A stretch of 64,000 bases of DNA from Desulfobacterales bacterium. Its GTDB lineage: Bacteria > Desulfobacterota > Desulfobacteria > Desulfobacterales > UBA5852. Position numbers and translations under genes: made by a program. Numbering within the stretch: position 1 is the stretch's first letter; each line of letters starts with the position of its first letter. The notes beneath the pieces were generated by a model. It made no database searches and was not told the DNA's origin. It worked only from the letters and a program-made list of their open reading frames with translations. Positions 9,100-18,138 of the stretch are shown here, piece after piece. Where the stretch lies: positions 2,464,001 to 2,528,000 of the forward strand of contig CAXXVS010000003.1 of NCBI GenBank assembly GCA_963674755.2, in the 5' to 3' direction.

Positions 9100-10452
9100 G
9101 TGATGAAAAATCTATTTTACCCAGTTGTAGCGGAAGACAAACTTAATCCAGATTTTAAAAAAATATCAAGTTGGCCGGGAGCTGAACCTGGCCGTTTGAT
9201 GACAAATTATATTTTCCAAAATTACAATGACAAAGATGGAAACTTCATAGAGCAATTTCAGACCACTGGTTTTGACGCCCGGATCTTTGAATTATATTTA
9301 TTCGCCCTTTTTTCGAATTCTGGATACGAAATAATCCCAGACTATGCACGACCAGATTTTTTAATAAAGAAGGATGATATAACTGTTGCTATAGAAGCTA
9401 CTACCGTAAATCCATCATACGGAAAAAACAAAACGGATATTGAGGCCAAAATTACTCCTGATAACGTAGAAATAAAACACGATCATGAGCTTCCAATAAA
9501 ATTTGGTAGCCCGCTTTTCTCTAAACTTAATAAAAAATATTGGGAACTTGAACATTGTAAAAATATCCCGATTGTTTTTGCAATTGAAGCTTTTCATGAA
9601 AAAAACTCTTTCATATATTCTGACCATGGAATTGCACAGTATTTGTTTGGCCTTAAAGATACTCACAAGAGAGATAAAAATGGAAATTTAATTATTGATT
9701 ATGAGGAAATTATTGACCACCAGTTTCAAGAAAAAACTATCCCTTCCAATTTTTTTGCTCAACCATGCGCTGAATATATTAGCGCTGTTGTATTCACTAA
9801 TAGTGGCACTTGGCCAAAATTTAGCAGGATGGGATATCAGGCAGGTTACCATCGCGGCAATATAATGATGATTCGTCAAGGTACATGCTACCATGATGAC
9901 CGTAATTCTGTTTCCCCGCTAATTTTTCAATATAATCTCGATGATCCTGTAGTTGATGAAACTTGGGAACAGGGCCTTGTTGTAATGCATAATCCAAATG
10001 CTTTATACCCATTGCCTCGTTATTTTCTTAAGTGTTCTGCAGTACATTTTTTTGAGGATTCAAAAGTAAAAACGGAGTGCCTTCCATTCCACCCATTCGG
10101 TTCGACAACTATAAATTCTTTACTTGAGGATGCGCATAAAGCTATTACTGTGGATATAAATCCAAATATCGTAAGCCTACTTAAAAGTGAGTTCGAAAAT
10201 TATAAATTTGAAAGAATGCCTGGACCAGACAGTGTGACTGAGGAAAAAGAATGGTTTTCTGATAGAAACAATAATATTTTAGGGATTGTTTTCAGGGATA
10301 AAATAGATAATGATTACGGGTACCTTGTGTTAGGTAAAAATGAAAACGATTTTTTTTCTACAATTGATGTTGAGATTAATTTTGAGGACCGTAGTACCGC
10401 TAGGAATGAGCTATATATATCCATGGAAAAACACTTGAACAATAGCATATAA
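9100..10452 (+). CDS. Hypothetical protein with a PD-(D/E)xK-like motif (cassette 4)
   Basis: 450 aa; GNFIEQFQTTGFDARIFELYLF followed by RPDF...IEAT. Cassette boundaries GTTATATGC / GCATATA match. Confidence 0.7.
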   Translation: MMKNLFYPVVAEDKLNPDFKKISSWPGAEPGRLMTNYIFQNYNDKDGNFIEQFQTTGFDARIFELYLFALFSNSGYEIIPDYARPDFLIKKDDITVAIEATTVNPSYGKNKTDIEAKITPDNVEIKHDHELPIKFGSPLFSKLNKKYWELEHCKNIPIVFAIEAFHEKNSFIYSDHGIAQYLFGLKDTHKRDKNGNLIIDYEEIIDHQFQEKTIPSNFFAQPCAEYISAVVFTNSGTWPKFSRMGYQAGYHRGNIMMIRQGTCYHDDRNSVSPLIFQYNLDDPVVDETWEQGLVVMHNPNALYPLPRYFLKCSAVHFFEDSKVKTECLPFHPFGSTTINSLLEDAHKAITVDINPNIVSLLKSEFENYKFERMPGPDSVTEEKEWFSDRNNNILGIVFRDKIDNDYGYLVLGKNENDFFSTIDVEINFEDRSTARNELYISMEKHLNNSI

Positions 10453-10570
10453 TCGGGTAGCCGGGGGTTTTTCTCCCCCAGCCCCCACACCACCTATCAA
10501 GCGGGTCCGCACTAGGCGGTTCACAGAGCCTACTGGGCCGTAGCCGGGTAATGGATTTTCACCCATAGTT
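10452..10570 (-). mobile_element. 3' remnant of a group IIC-attC intron (end of IEP, domains V and VI) in attC site 4
   Basis: Minus strand encodes ...LWVKIHYPATAQ*, then GAACCGCCTAGTGCGGACCCGCTTGATAGGTGGTGTG (DV, CGC triad) and DVI ending CTACCCGAT. It is joined to TATATGC, i.e. at GT|TRRRY on the attC bottom strand. Confidence 0.82.
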
Positions 10571-10572
10571 AT

Positions 10573-10591
10573 GTGAGCCGAAGCGTTAGGG
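10573..10591 (+). other. Right arm of disrupted attC site 4
   Basis: GTGAGCCGAAGCGTTAGGG; GTTAGGGC is complementary to GCCCTAAC ending cassette 5. Confidence 0.7.
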
Positions 10592-10605
10592 CAGTAGGTA
10601 AAGAT

Positions 10606-11064
10606 ATGCAGGTAATGGACCCTAAGGCGAGGTATATTTGGAAACAAAACACGATACCAGTCCTCTTTAGAAGAATGAAGCCTGATCCCTTATTGGTGAA
10701 GCTTCCTTATGCTGTTGATAATTATGAATGGTTGCGAAATGACCACCACCATAAGCCAAAGTGGAATTCACAGTATAAAGCGTGGGAAACACCAATTTCT
10801 TGGTTTGATGATATAGTCCAAAGAACACTTAGCAGGTTTGGCAAATTATATGTGATACAAGCGTACAAAGAGCAGCAGAAATGTGCCCCGGCTTGTTGGA
10901 ATGCAAAAGGGTATCATTGTGAATGCTCCTGCATGGGAGAAAATCATGGTGTTGGACATCCCGGTGGAAGATGGCACGAAGTGGATGAAACCTTTGCATT
11001 TGAATGGGGACCTCTAAAATATGCGTGTAGGCTTATGTCAGCATCGAAAATAAAGAAGCCCTAA
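10606..11064 (+). CDS. Hypothetical protein with a Cys/His cluster (cassette 5)
   Basis: CAPAC...CECSCMGENHG is a possible metal-binding motif; stop lies in the attC. Confidence 0.75.
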   Translation: MQVMDPKARYIWKQNTIPVLFRRMKPDPLLVKLPYAVDNYEWLRNDHHHKPKWNSQYKAWETPISWFDDIVQRTLSRFGKLYVIQAYKEQQKCAPACWNAKGYHCECSCMGENHGVGHPGGRWHEVDETFAFEWGPLKYACRLMSASKIKKP

Positions 11065-11119
11065 CCGGTCGCTGGTGGGGACGGCGAGGGCCATGCCGCC
11101 CCACAGATCACCGTTGTGG
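11059..11119 (+). other. attC site 5
   Basis: CCCTAAC...CTGGTGGGG..CCCCACAG (extrahelical G)...GTTGTGG. Confidence 0.8.
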
Positions 11120-11140
11120 CCCATAGGCACCGTTAGTATT

Positions 11141-11202
11141 GGGGTCAATTCTGCCCATGACCCAATTAAATTTCAAGATGAGTCATGAGCAGATTTGACC
11201 CC
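11141..11202 (+). repeat. Palindromic element P1 (62 bp)
   Basis: GGGGTCAATTCTGCCCATGACCCA-ATTAAATTTCAAGA-TGAGTCATGAGCAGATTTGACCCC followed by AAGAA. Confidence 0.95.
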
Positions 11203-11285
11203 AAGAATTTAGCGGGTCATCATAACTCTCTGGCAAGCATGTAACTCAAAGTATTTATAGTATATTTTATTCCTCCCTAATATGT

Positions 11286-11318
11286 AAAAAGGGCTTCGGA
11301 ATAATTGCCGAAGCCCTT
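11286..11318 (-). terminator. Intrinsic terminator-like hairpin
   Basis: Minus strand AAGGGCTTCGG-CAATTATT-CCGAAGCCCTTTTT. Confidence 0.6.
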
Positions 11319-11627
11319 ATATAGTCGTTTGACAAAATTTCCCGAAGCCCCAGGGGTTTCGGAATCTTGCTATCTGGAATGGTAATGTAATGGTGCTGTC
11401 TCAAGACACTGGGGGGGGACCGCCTCGAATGATTTCTGTGTTAAGGATGGATAAAACCGGCAAATCTGTCAAAACGGTTTGGAATTTTGGACGATAGTGG
11501 CCGTCGGAGATGGTTTTATGATGGGTTGTACTTTACAGGTGAAAATTTTTAGAGTTAAATACTTAATAGTATTGCGGTGTTAAAAGTAGAATATCCACAT
11601 AATAATTAATATACTCCCCAAATAAAG

Positions 11628-12686
11628 ATGAAATTCAAATTTACCAAGGATTGGAAGCATTTTGAGAGAGTCGTTGCTGCGATTCATTCTGCTGAAATGG
11701 CTGGTGCAAATGTATTGTTAAATGAAAAAATAAAGGGGCGAGAGTTCGATGTTTCAATTCGTTTTAAAAATGGCCCTCACAGTTACTTAACACTAATCGA
11801 ATGCAAAAAGTATAGCAACCCAATACCGGTAGAGAAAGTTGAAGCCTTCATTACTAAAAGTTCAGATGCAGGGGCAAACAAATCAATTATGTTTTCGAGC
11901 AGCGGCTTTCAATCTGGAGCAATTACTGCTGCAACTCGACACGGCATTGATCTTTATACAGTATATGGAAAAATTAAAATACCTGATGAAATAAAAGCAG
12001 GTGGGGAAACTGAGGCACTTAATGTTCGTGATATCATTTTCACCATAGGCGGTTCCGATTATCATTTTCCTTTGGAAGATGGTAAAATGGAATATCACGC
12101 TAAAAAATCATTTCTAACACATGGCGCAGAAAAAGTTACGGTAAATGAATTTCTTGAAGCTCGAAGTCACGAGTTATTTAAACTAAGCTCCGACACCGAA
12201 AAAGAAAAAGTTTATAATCAACCACCAGGAGTAAGATTAACAGCTCCAAATATGATTGAAAATGGTGAGGTTCAGAAAATAACGATATGCTACAAGAAGA
12301 TGAAATTAGTAAACTTAAAACCTGGAACACCTGTAATGGACCACCATTTATTTGAAAAAATGGTTACTTATTACTGTATGAAAAATGAAGTTACAGGTGA
12401 AGAATCAACAATTATGGCATTAAGTGTTCACCTTGGGTTCGACACAAAAATCCAAAAGGGTAAATTCTACAGCAATCCAAATCTTGGAAATAGTTATTAC
12501 ATTGAAAGCATTAAAGATGGCATTGCTAAAATCTACCTATTGGAGAGCTATAGTATGGGAAATTTGGTACAAGCAGTTTATATGCAAAGCATTAAATATC
12601 AGTATCAATTTGTTTTGATTTCAGATCTTCGTGAGGTTTCTCGGTTATCGAAACTATATTCGAAAATGAAAGAGAAGGAAAGGTGA
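11628..12686 (+). CDS. Restriction endonuclease-like protein (Mrr_cat-type N-terminal domain)
   Basis: FERVVAAI...REFDV...LIECKKY...SSSGFQSGA motif pattern. Confidence 0.8.
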   Translation: MKFKFTKDWKHFERVVAAIHSAEMAGANVLLNEKIKGREFDVSIRFKNGPHSYLTLIECKKYSNPIPVEKVEAFITKSSDAGANKSIMFSSSGFQSGAITAATRHGIDLYTVYGKIKIPDEIKAGGETEALNVRDIIFTIGGSDYHFPLEDGKMEYHAKKSFLTHGAEKVTVNEFLEARSHELFKLSSDTEKEKVYNQPPGVRLTAPNMIENGEVQKITICYKKMKLVNLKPGTPVMDHHLFEKMVTYYCMKNEVTGEESTIMALSVHLGFDTKIQKGKFYSNPNLGNSYYIESIKDGIAKIYLLESYSMGNLVQAVYMQSIKYQYQFVLISDLREVSRLSKLYSKMKEKER

Positions 12687-12737
12687 TCAAGGCGCTGCTG
12701 CTAATTCTAACTTCCCACTGGTTCTCGGGGGGTAACC

Positions 12738-12826
12738 GAGTCAGACCAATTCAACTAATAGATATCACATATGATACGCTCTTAAATCGCCCTAAAATGC
12801 CCCTATAACCGCATTTTTGACATCAG
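12738..12826 (+). mobile_element. Orphan left-end/leader fragment of the RAYT-like element
   Basis: GAGTCAGACCAATTCAACTA..GATAT..TGATACGCTCT.AAATC..ATAAC.GCATTTTTGAC aligns with 23613-23700; cut off by palindrome P2. Confidence 0.7.
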
Positions 12827-12834
12827 GAAATATT

Positions 12835-12896
12835 GGGGTCAAGTCTGCCCATGACCCAATTAAATTTCAAGATGAGTCATGAGCAGACATGACCCC
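12835..12896 (+). repeat. Palindromic element P2 (62 bp)
   Basis: Same family and orientation as P1. Confidence 0.95.
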
Positions 12897-12984
12897 AAGA
12901 AGGACATTTCCTGATAGACCTTTCGGTGAATAAGAGGCATAAAATAGAGGAGTTATTGGAAAAGATCGATGAATTTGAATTGAT

Positions 12985-13047
12985 GGTTATAGAACATTTT
13001 GTGTTCTATATTCCGCAATTGTAATGTTCTATAATACTATGTTAGCT
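12985..13047 (+). other. attI-like site, copy 2
   Basis: GGTTATAGAACATTTTGTGTTCTATA...ATGTTCTATAATACTATGTTAGCT; GTTAGCTT is complementary to AAGCTAAC closing the FRG cassette. Confidence 0.72.
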
Positions 13048-13063
13048 TCTGGACTTGATTCGT

Positions 13064-13789
13064 ATGAAATCTTCTAAAATATCATCATTTTCAGGTTTTG
13101 AACGAATTCTCGAAAGAGAGAGTCATGCTTATATGTGGAGAGGTGTTTCAAAAAAAGAATATAAACTTATTCCTAAAGTTGCGAGAGATTGGCATTTAGG
13201 GCCTGAATTATTAAAATTGGCTGAAAAACAGCTTCTTGATCATTTTAGAATCCGTGCCACTCCTTTTTGCCAATTTATTCCGCAAACAGATTGGGAGTGG
13301 CTTGCATTAGCACAACATCATGGTCTCCCCACTAGACTTATAGATTGGACATGCAATCCACTTGTTGCTCTTTATTTTGCGTGCCGTGAAAAATCACAAA
13401 ACGATGGCGTAGTCTATTTTGCAAAATGTATAAATGAAATAGACACTAAGGTCATTTTATCACCTTTTGATATTAAGGATGAAAGAAAGTGGAGCGCTCA
13501 ACATTTTAACAATAGGCTTTCTTCGCAAAATGCTCTTTTTACTCTTTCCGAAAATCCCACAGTTCCTTTTAACAACGGAATATTTCATCGCGCCATAATC
13601 AAAGGTTCTTCAAAAAGTGATATTCTTTCTAAGTTGAAGCAGTTTGGCATTCATCAAGGTACAATATTTCCTGGTTTTGAAGGTGTTGCTAAGTATGTCG
13701 AAGAAGAATTTTTCTTTTTTAAGGGAATGGATAAAGACAAGGCATTAAAGGCACTTGAAGAAAGCCTTGAAAATGACAAAAAAAGCTAA
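13064..13789 (+). CDS. FRG domain-containing protein (cassette)
   Basis: WRG...LAQHHGLPTRLIDWTCNPLVALYFAC...RLSSQNALF. Confidence 0.9.
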   Translation: MKSSKISSFSGFERILERESHAYMWRGVSKKEYKLIPKVARDWHLGPELLKLAEKQLLDHFRIRATPFCQFIPQTDWEWLALAQHHGLPTRLIDWTCNPLVALYFACREKSQNDGVVYFAKCINEIDTKVILSPFDIKDERKWSAQHFNNRLSSQNALFTLSENPTVPFNNGIFHRAIIKGSSKSDILSKLKQFGIHQGTIFPGFEGVAKYVEEEFFFFKGMDKDKALKALEESLENDKKS

Positions 13790-13855
13790 CCCCTTTCTTC
13801 ACCTGACCGGTGTTCCGCTGCGCTTCACACCGGCCAGGTGAGAAATACGTTAGAT
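13784..13855 (+). other. attC site 6
   Basis: AGCTAAC...TCACCTGACCGGTGT..ACACCGGCCAGGTGA...GTTAGAT. Confidence 0.9.
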
Positions 13856-13888
13856 TCCAGGAATTAAAATTATTGAGGGGGCGATATC

Positions 13889-13955
13889 GGGACGCCCTTT
13901 ATATTTTTACATTTGAAACGCCATTTCTGTATAAATATAAAAATATTAAGAGCCC
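13889..13955. repeat. AT-rich hairpin beginning GGGACGCCC (related palindrome type)
   Basis: Arms CTTTATATTTTTACATTT / AAATATAAAAATATTAAG pair at 16 of 18 positions. Confidence 0.55.
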
Positions 13956-14008
13956 TTAAGCCTCATTGACTGCCTGTGCGGAACTGCCGAACCACCGACG
14001 TAGAGGAC

Positions 14009-14071
14009 GCACCCAAGTCATCCAAAGGAAGCGTACAACGATGATAGAGGATGCTCGTGCTGCACTGCGAG
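14009..14071 (+). pseudogene. 5' fragment of a DNA alkylation repair (AlkD-like) gene truncated by P3
   Basis: 63 bp homologous to 32085-32147; encodes MIEDARAALR. Confidence 0.65.
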
Positions 14072-14082
14072 GAATGGGTAAT

Positions 14083-14144
14083 GGGGTCAAGTCTGCCCAT
14101 GACCCAATTAAATTTCAAGATGAGTCATGCGCAGACTTGACCCC
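14083..14144 (+). repeat. Palindromic element P3 (62 bp)
   Basis: Same family and orientation as P1. Confidence 0.95.
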
Positions 14145-14218
14145 TATAAATTAGCACTGTTGAGAGAGAAAGAAAGCGAGCTCTGATGCGTTTTTTACAC
14201 ATTGATATTATAAAAGGA

Positions 14219-14310
14219 AGCTAACAAAAGCATAAACGCGAGCGTTTTTCGCCGTTTCGTTCGCTTCGCGTTCTACACTTTGAAAAACAACGGTTATGCT
14301 GGTGTTAGTT
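14219..14310 (+). other. attC site 7 (its cassette is truncated upstream by P3)
   Basis: AGCTAAC-AAAAGCATAA...TTATGCTGGT-GTTAGTT. Confidence 0.8.
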
Positions 14311-14334
14311 TTCCAAATACATTGTGAGGAGATA

Positions 14335-15240
14335 ATGAAAATCATTATCAGACTTGCTATTTTGGAATTTTTACTATTTTCACTACTGTGTGCTTCTTCA
14401 ACAGTCGCTTGTACAATAATTTCAGCCAGTAATAGTAGAACGGTTCTCTTTGCAGGGAACCAAGACTGGTTTCCTGCTGAATCATATTTGGTTGTGGATA
14501 AAACAGGTAAATTTGGTGTAGTTTTTTTTGCCCACCCTGCTAAGTCATACGAACTAGTAATGATGAAGGGAATAAACGAAAAAGGATTAAGCTATGATTT
14601 TAACTGGATTCCGGCAGAAAAACTTATACCTCACCCTGAAAGATCTCCCCAATTTGAATGGGCATTAATCACACACATGAGGGATTCGTGTACAGTAGAC
14701 GAGATACTAAAAAAGCTATTAACATATAATTTTGGGAATTCAATAGACTATCAAATCCATTTTATCGATAAAGATGGAAATGCCGTAGTGTTATATCCTG
14801 GCATAAATGGTGAGTTGGCATATACACGGAAGCCTAAAGGAAATGGTTATTTAATTACAACTAATTTCAATCACGCAAGACGGGAGAAAACATCATGGTC
14901 GCCTTTGGATTATGTCTACTCATTTTTATTTGATGGAAAATATGAAACAGCTGATAATATGCTTTCAAACTTTATAGATCAGGATGATTTAACAGTTGAA
15001 AATATGGCATCAGTTTTAGATGCGACTCATCGCGACTCTTTGTTTGACACACGCTTCTCCATAAAAACGCTTTTTTCAACTGTAGTTGATCTTAAAAACA
15101 TGCAAATTTCACTATATTACAAACGCCAATTCGACAAACCTATTGTATTGGATATAAAACAAGAATTGGATAAAATTGATACCTATAAAAAAGTTTCTTT
15201 AGAAGAGGTGGTGTCAAAAGTAAGTAAAGAAAAAGAATAA
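14335..15240 (+). CDS. Secreted Ntn-hydrolase (choloylglycine hydrolase/C45-like; cassette)
   Basis: Signal peptide then CTIISAS..LFAGNQD, GINEKGL and TTNF; GAGGAG RBS. Confidence 0.8.
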   Translation: MKIIIRLAILEFLLFSLLCASSTVACTIISASNSRTVLFAGNQDWFPAESYLVVDKTGKFGVVFFAHPAKSYELVMMKGINEKGLSYDFNWIPAEKLIPHPERSPQFEWALITHMRDSCTVDEILKKLLTYNFGNSIDYQIHFIDKDGNAVVLYPGINGELAYTRKPKGNGYLITTNFNHARREKTSWSPLDYVYSFLFDGKYETADNMLSNFIDQDDLTVENMASVLDATHRDSLFDTRFSIKTLFSTVVDLKNMQISLYYKRQFDKPIVLDIKQELDKIDTYKKVSLEEVVSKVSKEKE

Positions 15241-15273
15241 TAATTTTTAATTCAAAAGTATAGCAACATCAAA

Positions 15274-15353
15274 AACAAACCCGGCGTTCAACATCGCTCC
15301 TACGTCGCTTGGACGTGGCAAACAGGGCCTCGCTAGTTAACTCTATGTTAGAA
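15274..15353 (+). other. attC site 8 (degenerate)
   Basis: AACAAAC (vs cassette start GTTAGTT)...GTTAGAA. Confidence 0.7.
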
Positions 15354-15413
15354 AGAGGGTAAGACAGCCTGTAAACAAAGGAACTGAAAATTAATTCTTA
15401 TAAAAACAATTCG

Positions 15414-17030
15414 TTGGTTGGCTTTGTCTTGCTGTGTTTAATCTTTGGATCGCATCAAGATTCTCTGATAGGCAGCCTGCGAGCAGAAAATCGTAATACA
15501 GCAGTTCCAAGTGTCGAGATTAAACCGGACAGTGTTCTGGGAGATGAAGAGGTGGTCATCAAGCTTTCCGGATTTAACCCCGATCAAGAAGTTACAGTAA
15601 AAGCGCAAGCCGGCAACTGGCGGTCCAAAGCTATATTTAAGGCCGATTCTTTGGGAAACGTGGATCTTTCAAAACAAGCCCCTATATCAGGGACTTATAG
15701 AGGGATTGATGGAATGGGGCTCATCTGGTCTTTAAAAAGAACAGATGAAAAAACTGTAGACCGGAAGCAAAAACCTTATAATGGTGACGTTTATAAGCTG
15801 CCGATTATCAGACTGGAAAAAAATTCCCGAGTTGCCAAAGCCGGGTTAAAGGAAAATGATGTGCTGGTTGCTATGGATGGGAAGCCAATCCAAAACCAGA
15901 AAGAATTGTTTAACAGGATCCAAAATCATCTTGAATCGGCTTTGAAATCCCAACAAGACGTAACCTTCAATATTAAGATCGAGCGAAATGGTCACCCCCT
16001 AACTTTGCCAATTATTGTTCATAAGGAAGACCTTTCAAAACGATGGTACAAGGGTGTCATACTAGGTTCAAGGTTAATAAGAATCTTCTTAATTGAGGCG
16101 GAAGTTGAAGGTAAGGTCGTGGCTTCCACGATCTTTAAACAATACGATGTCGCCGCGGATGTAACAGAATTAGCGGTACGAGAGAATGGCCTGGTCGGAT
16201 CATTGTTCAAACCTGGTTCACCAGGCCCTCATCCAGGTATCATCGTACTTGGAGGCGCTAGTGGCGGAATAATTTCGGCCTCATATGATGCAAAGATGTT
16301 GGCCTCTCACGGCTATGCGGCGCTGGCACTGGCCTATTTTGCCTATGAGGATTTGCCACCCCGACTGATAAATATTCCGTTGGAATATTTTGGAGATGCG
16401 ATTCAATGGATGGAAAACCACCCTGCTGTCACATCGAATAAAATTGGTGTATTAGGCAGATCCAAGGGAGGAGAATTAGCTCTCTTGCTTGGGGCCACCT
16501 TTCCGAAACTAAAAGCGGTCGTTGCTTATGTCCCCAGCCACGTTGTTTGGGGGGGTGGGAGGAATAAGAGTTCATGGACAATAAACGGTAAACCATTAGA
16601 CTTTGTTCCTCTCAGGCATATAGTGAAGTTGTATGAACATCCGCCCATAAGATTTACCCCCATGTTTTTACTTAGTCTTCAAAATACTTCTGCTGTGGAG
16701 AAAGCAGTAATTCCTGTGGAAAGAATTAATGGACCGGTGCTTTTAATTTCAGGAGAAGATGATCAAGCGTGGCCATCCACACTCATGTCAGAAATGGTGA
16801 TGAAAAGACTGTCCAGATTTAAACATCCTTTTCCATATCAACATTTGAGTTACGAAGGAGCGGGGCATATCATCATAAATCCATATTATCCGACAACGAT
16901 ACTACATGGCATCCATCCTATTTTTAAGTTTGATATTGCTTATGGCGGGAATCCTCAAGACAATGCGTTTGCTTGTAAAGATTCATGGCCCAAAGTATTA
17001 CAATTTTTAAAAAAGAGCTTTACTCCTTAG
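15414..17030 (+). CDS. Acyl-CoA thioesterase/BAAT-family alpha/beta hydrolase with an inserted PDZ domain (cassette)
   Basis: Nucleophile GRSKGGE, SGEDD and AGH; PDZ motif SRVAKAGLKENDVLVAMDGKPI. Start codon uncertain. Confidence 0.85.
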   Translation: MVGFVLLCLIFGSHQDSLIGSLRAENRNTAVPSVEIKPDSVLGDEEVVIKLSGFNPDQEVTVKAQAGNWRSKAIFKADSLGNVDLSKQAPISGTYRGIDGMGLIWSLKRTDEKTVDRKQKPYNGDVYKLPIIRLEKNSRVAKAGLKENDVLVAMDGKPIQNQKELFNRIQNHLESALKSQQDVTFNIKIERNGHPLTLPIIVHKEDLSKRWYKGVILGSRLIRIFLIEAEVEGKVVASTIFKQYDVAADVTELAVRENGLVGSLFKPGSPGPHPGIIVLGGASGGIISASYDAKMLASHGYAALALAYFAYEDLPPRLINIPLEYFGDAIQWMENHPAVTSNKIGVLGRSKGGELALLLGATFPKLKAVVAYVPSHVVWGGGRNKSSWTINGKPLDFVPLRHIVKLYEHPPIRFTPMFLLSLQNTSAVEKAVIPVERINGPVLLISGEDDQAWPSTLMSEMVMKRLSRFKHPFPYQHLSYEGAGHIIINPYYPTTILHGIHPIFKFDIAYGGNPQDNAFACKDSWPKVLQFLKKSFTP

Positions 17031-17135
17031 CAAAGTTATTTTGACCGTCAACCTGAAATAGGAGTTTATTTGGCTTCTAAATAAGGAGGCATGATACCTC
17101 AATAAAACAAGTCTCATTTCCCTTGATATTAATCT

Positions 17136-17257
17136 TTCTAACAAACACATCGAGGCGGACGGCAATAGCGTGCGGTGGTTTCTAAATTAATGGTTTTTGG
17201 TAAGCTCGTTGTTTCTTCAACTTCTGTCGAAGCCGCCGCTCATGTTCGGCGTTATGT
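17136..17257 (+). other. attC site 9 (long, 122 bp)
   Basis: TTCTAAC (complement of GTTAGAA)...GTTATGT. Confidence 0.82.
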
Positions 17258-17259
17258 GA

Positions 17260-17865
17260 GTGAACGAAAATATGAATATAGCTGAATTTTTAAAAAGCGG
17301 CGAGGAACCATTTCCAAATTCAGATTATGGTGATGGTTATAGATGTAGTGCAAATCTAAATGATGGCACATTTTTACCCTGTGTGATGATTAGAAAAAGT
17401 AAAAACTATGTCGATTTAGCCTGTCGCCGTTTTGAAGAAGAGAAGAAAGGTCAAGGTGTTTTTCGTAACAAGAAAAGTGCTTATAGAGATATTGTAAAAT
17501 CATTTGTTACTGGTGGGAACCTTGTAAATGATTACGACATAAAATCTGTAGAAAAGAGCCGTTTTGCTATACCTTTATCTTTATTAAAAAAGATTGAGGG
17601 TGAAACTGCAATGGGTTGGGCAGGTTTTGTACTTGAAATGAATGATGGGAAACTATTTTCATTTGGGACATCTTTTCATGTAGAGTTTTTTGATTTGCCA
17701 GATGGATATTCATTTGAGGATGTAAAGGCAGTTCACAATCACCCCTGTGTAGGAAAATCAGGTAAATTACTATCGATGAAACGCGGTAATAGTGAATTAA
17801 ATAATAATTATGCCCCTGACAGAGTATATCGAGAACGACCGTATTTTGTATGTTATATAGACTAA
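17260..17865 (+). CDS. Hypothetical protein (cassette)
   Basis: Fills the attC9-attC10 interval; no recognised motif. Confidence 0.75.
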   Translation: MNENMNIAEFLKSGEEPFPNSDYGDGYRCSANLNDGTFLPCVMIRKSKNYVDLACRRFEEEKKGQGVFRNKKSAYRDIVKSFVTGGNLVNDYDIKSVEKSRFAIPLSLLKKIEGETAMGWAGFVLEMNDGKLFSFGTSFHVEFFDLPDGYSFEDVKAVHNHPCVGKSGKLLSMKRGNSELNNNYAPDRVYRERPYFVCYID

Positions 17866-17868
17866 ATC

Positions 17869-17930
17869 ACATAACAAAGGCATTGTTAGCGACGGCAAAC
17901 AGCCGCCGCGCCACATGCCGGGCGTTCTAT
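17869..17930 (+). other. attC site 10
   Basis: ACATAAC-AAAGGCATTG...CATGCCGGGC-GTTCTAT. Confidence 0.85.
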
Positions 17931-18138
17931 AGGAATCTGGTAGGCAAATTTGGATAATCAAATCCTTTACAAATACAGGCCATATAATTGTCGGTCTTTA
18001 TCTATACTCAAAAATAGGGAGTTCTATTTTTCTGATCCAAAACACTTCAATGATCCTGTTGACTGCCAAGTCGGAATTTATAGTGCATTAAAATCGGCCG
18101 TTGAACTCGCACAAAAGGAAGATTCGACCGTAAAAGAT

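Noticed and set aside
11360..11460. Known riboswitch (SAM-I, fluoride, cobalamin)
   Set aside because: Only scattered short resemblances; the conserved cores are not present in the correct order.
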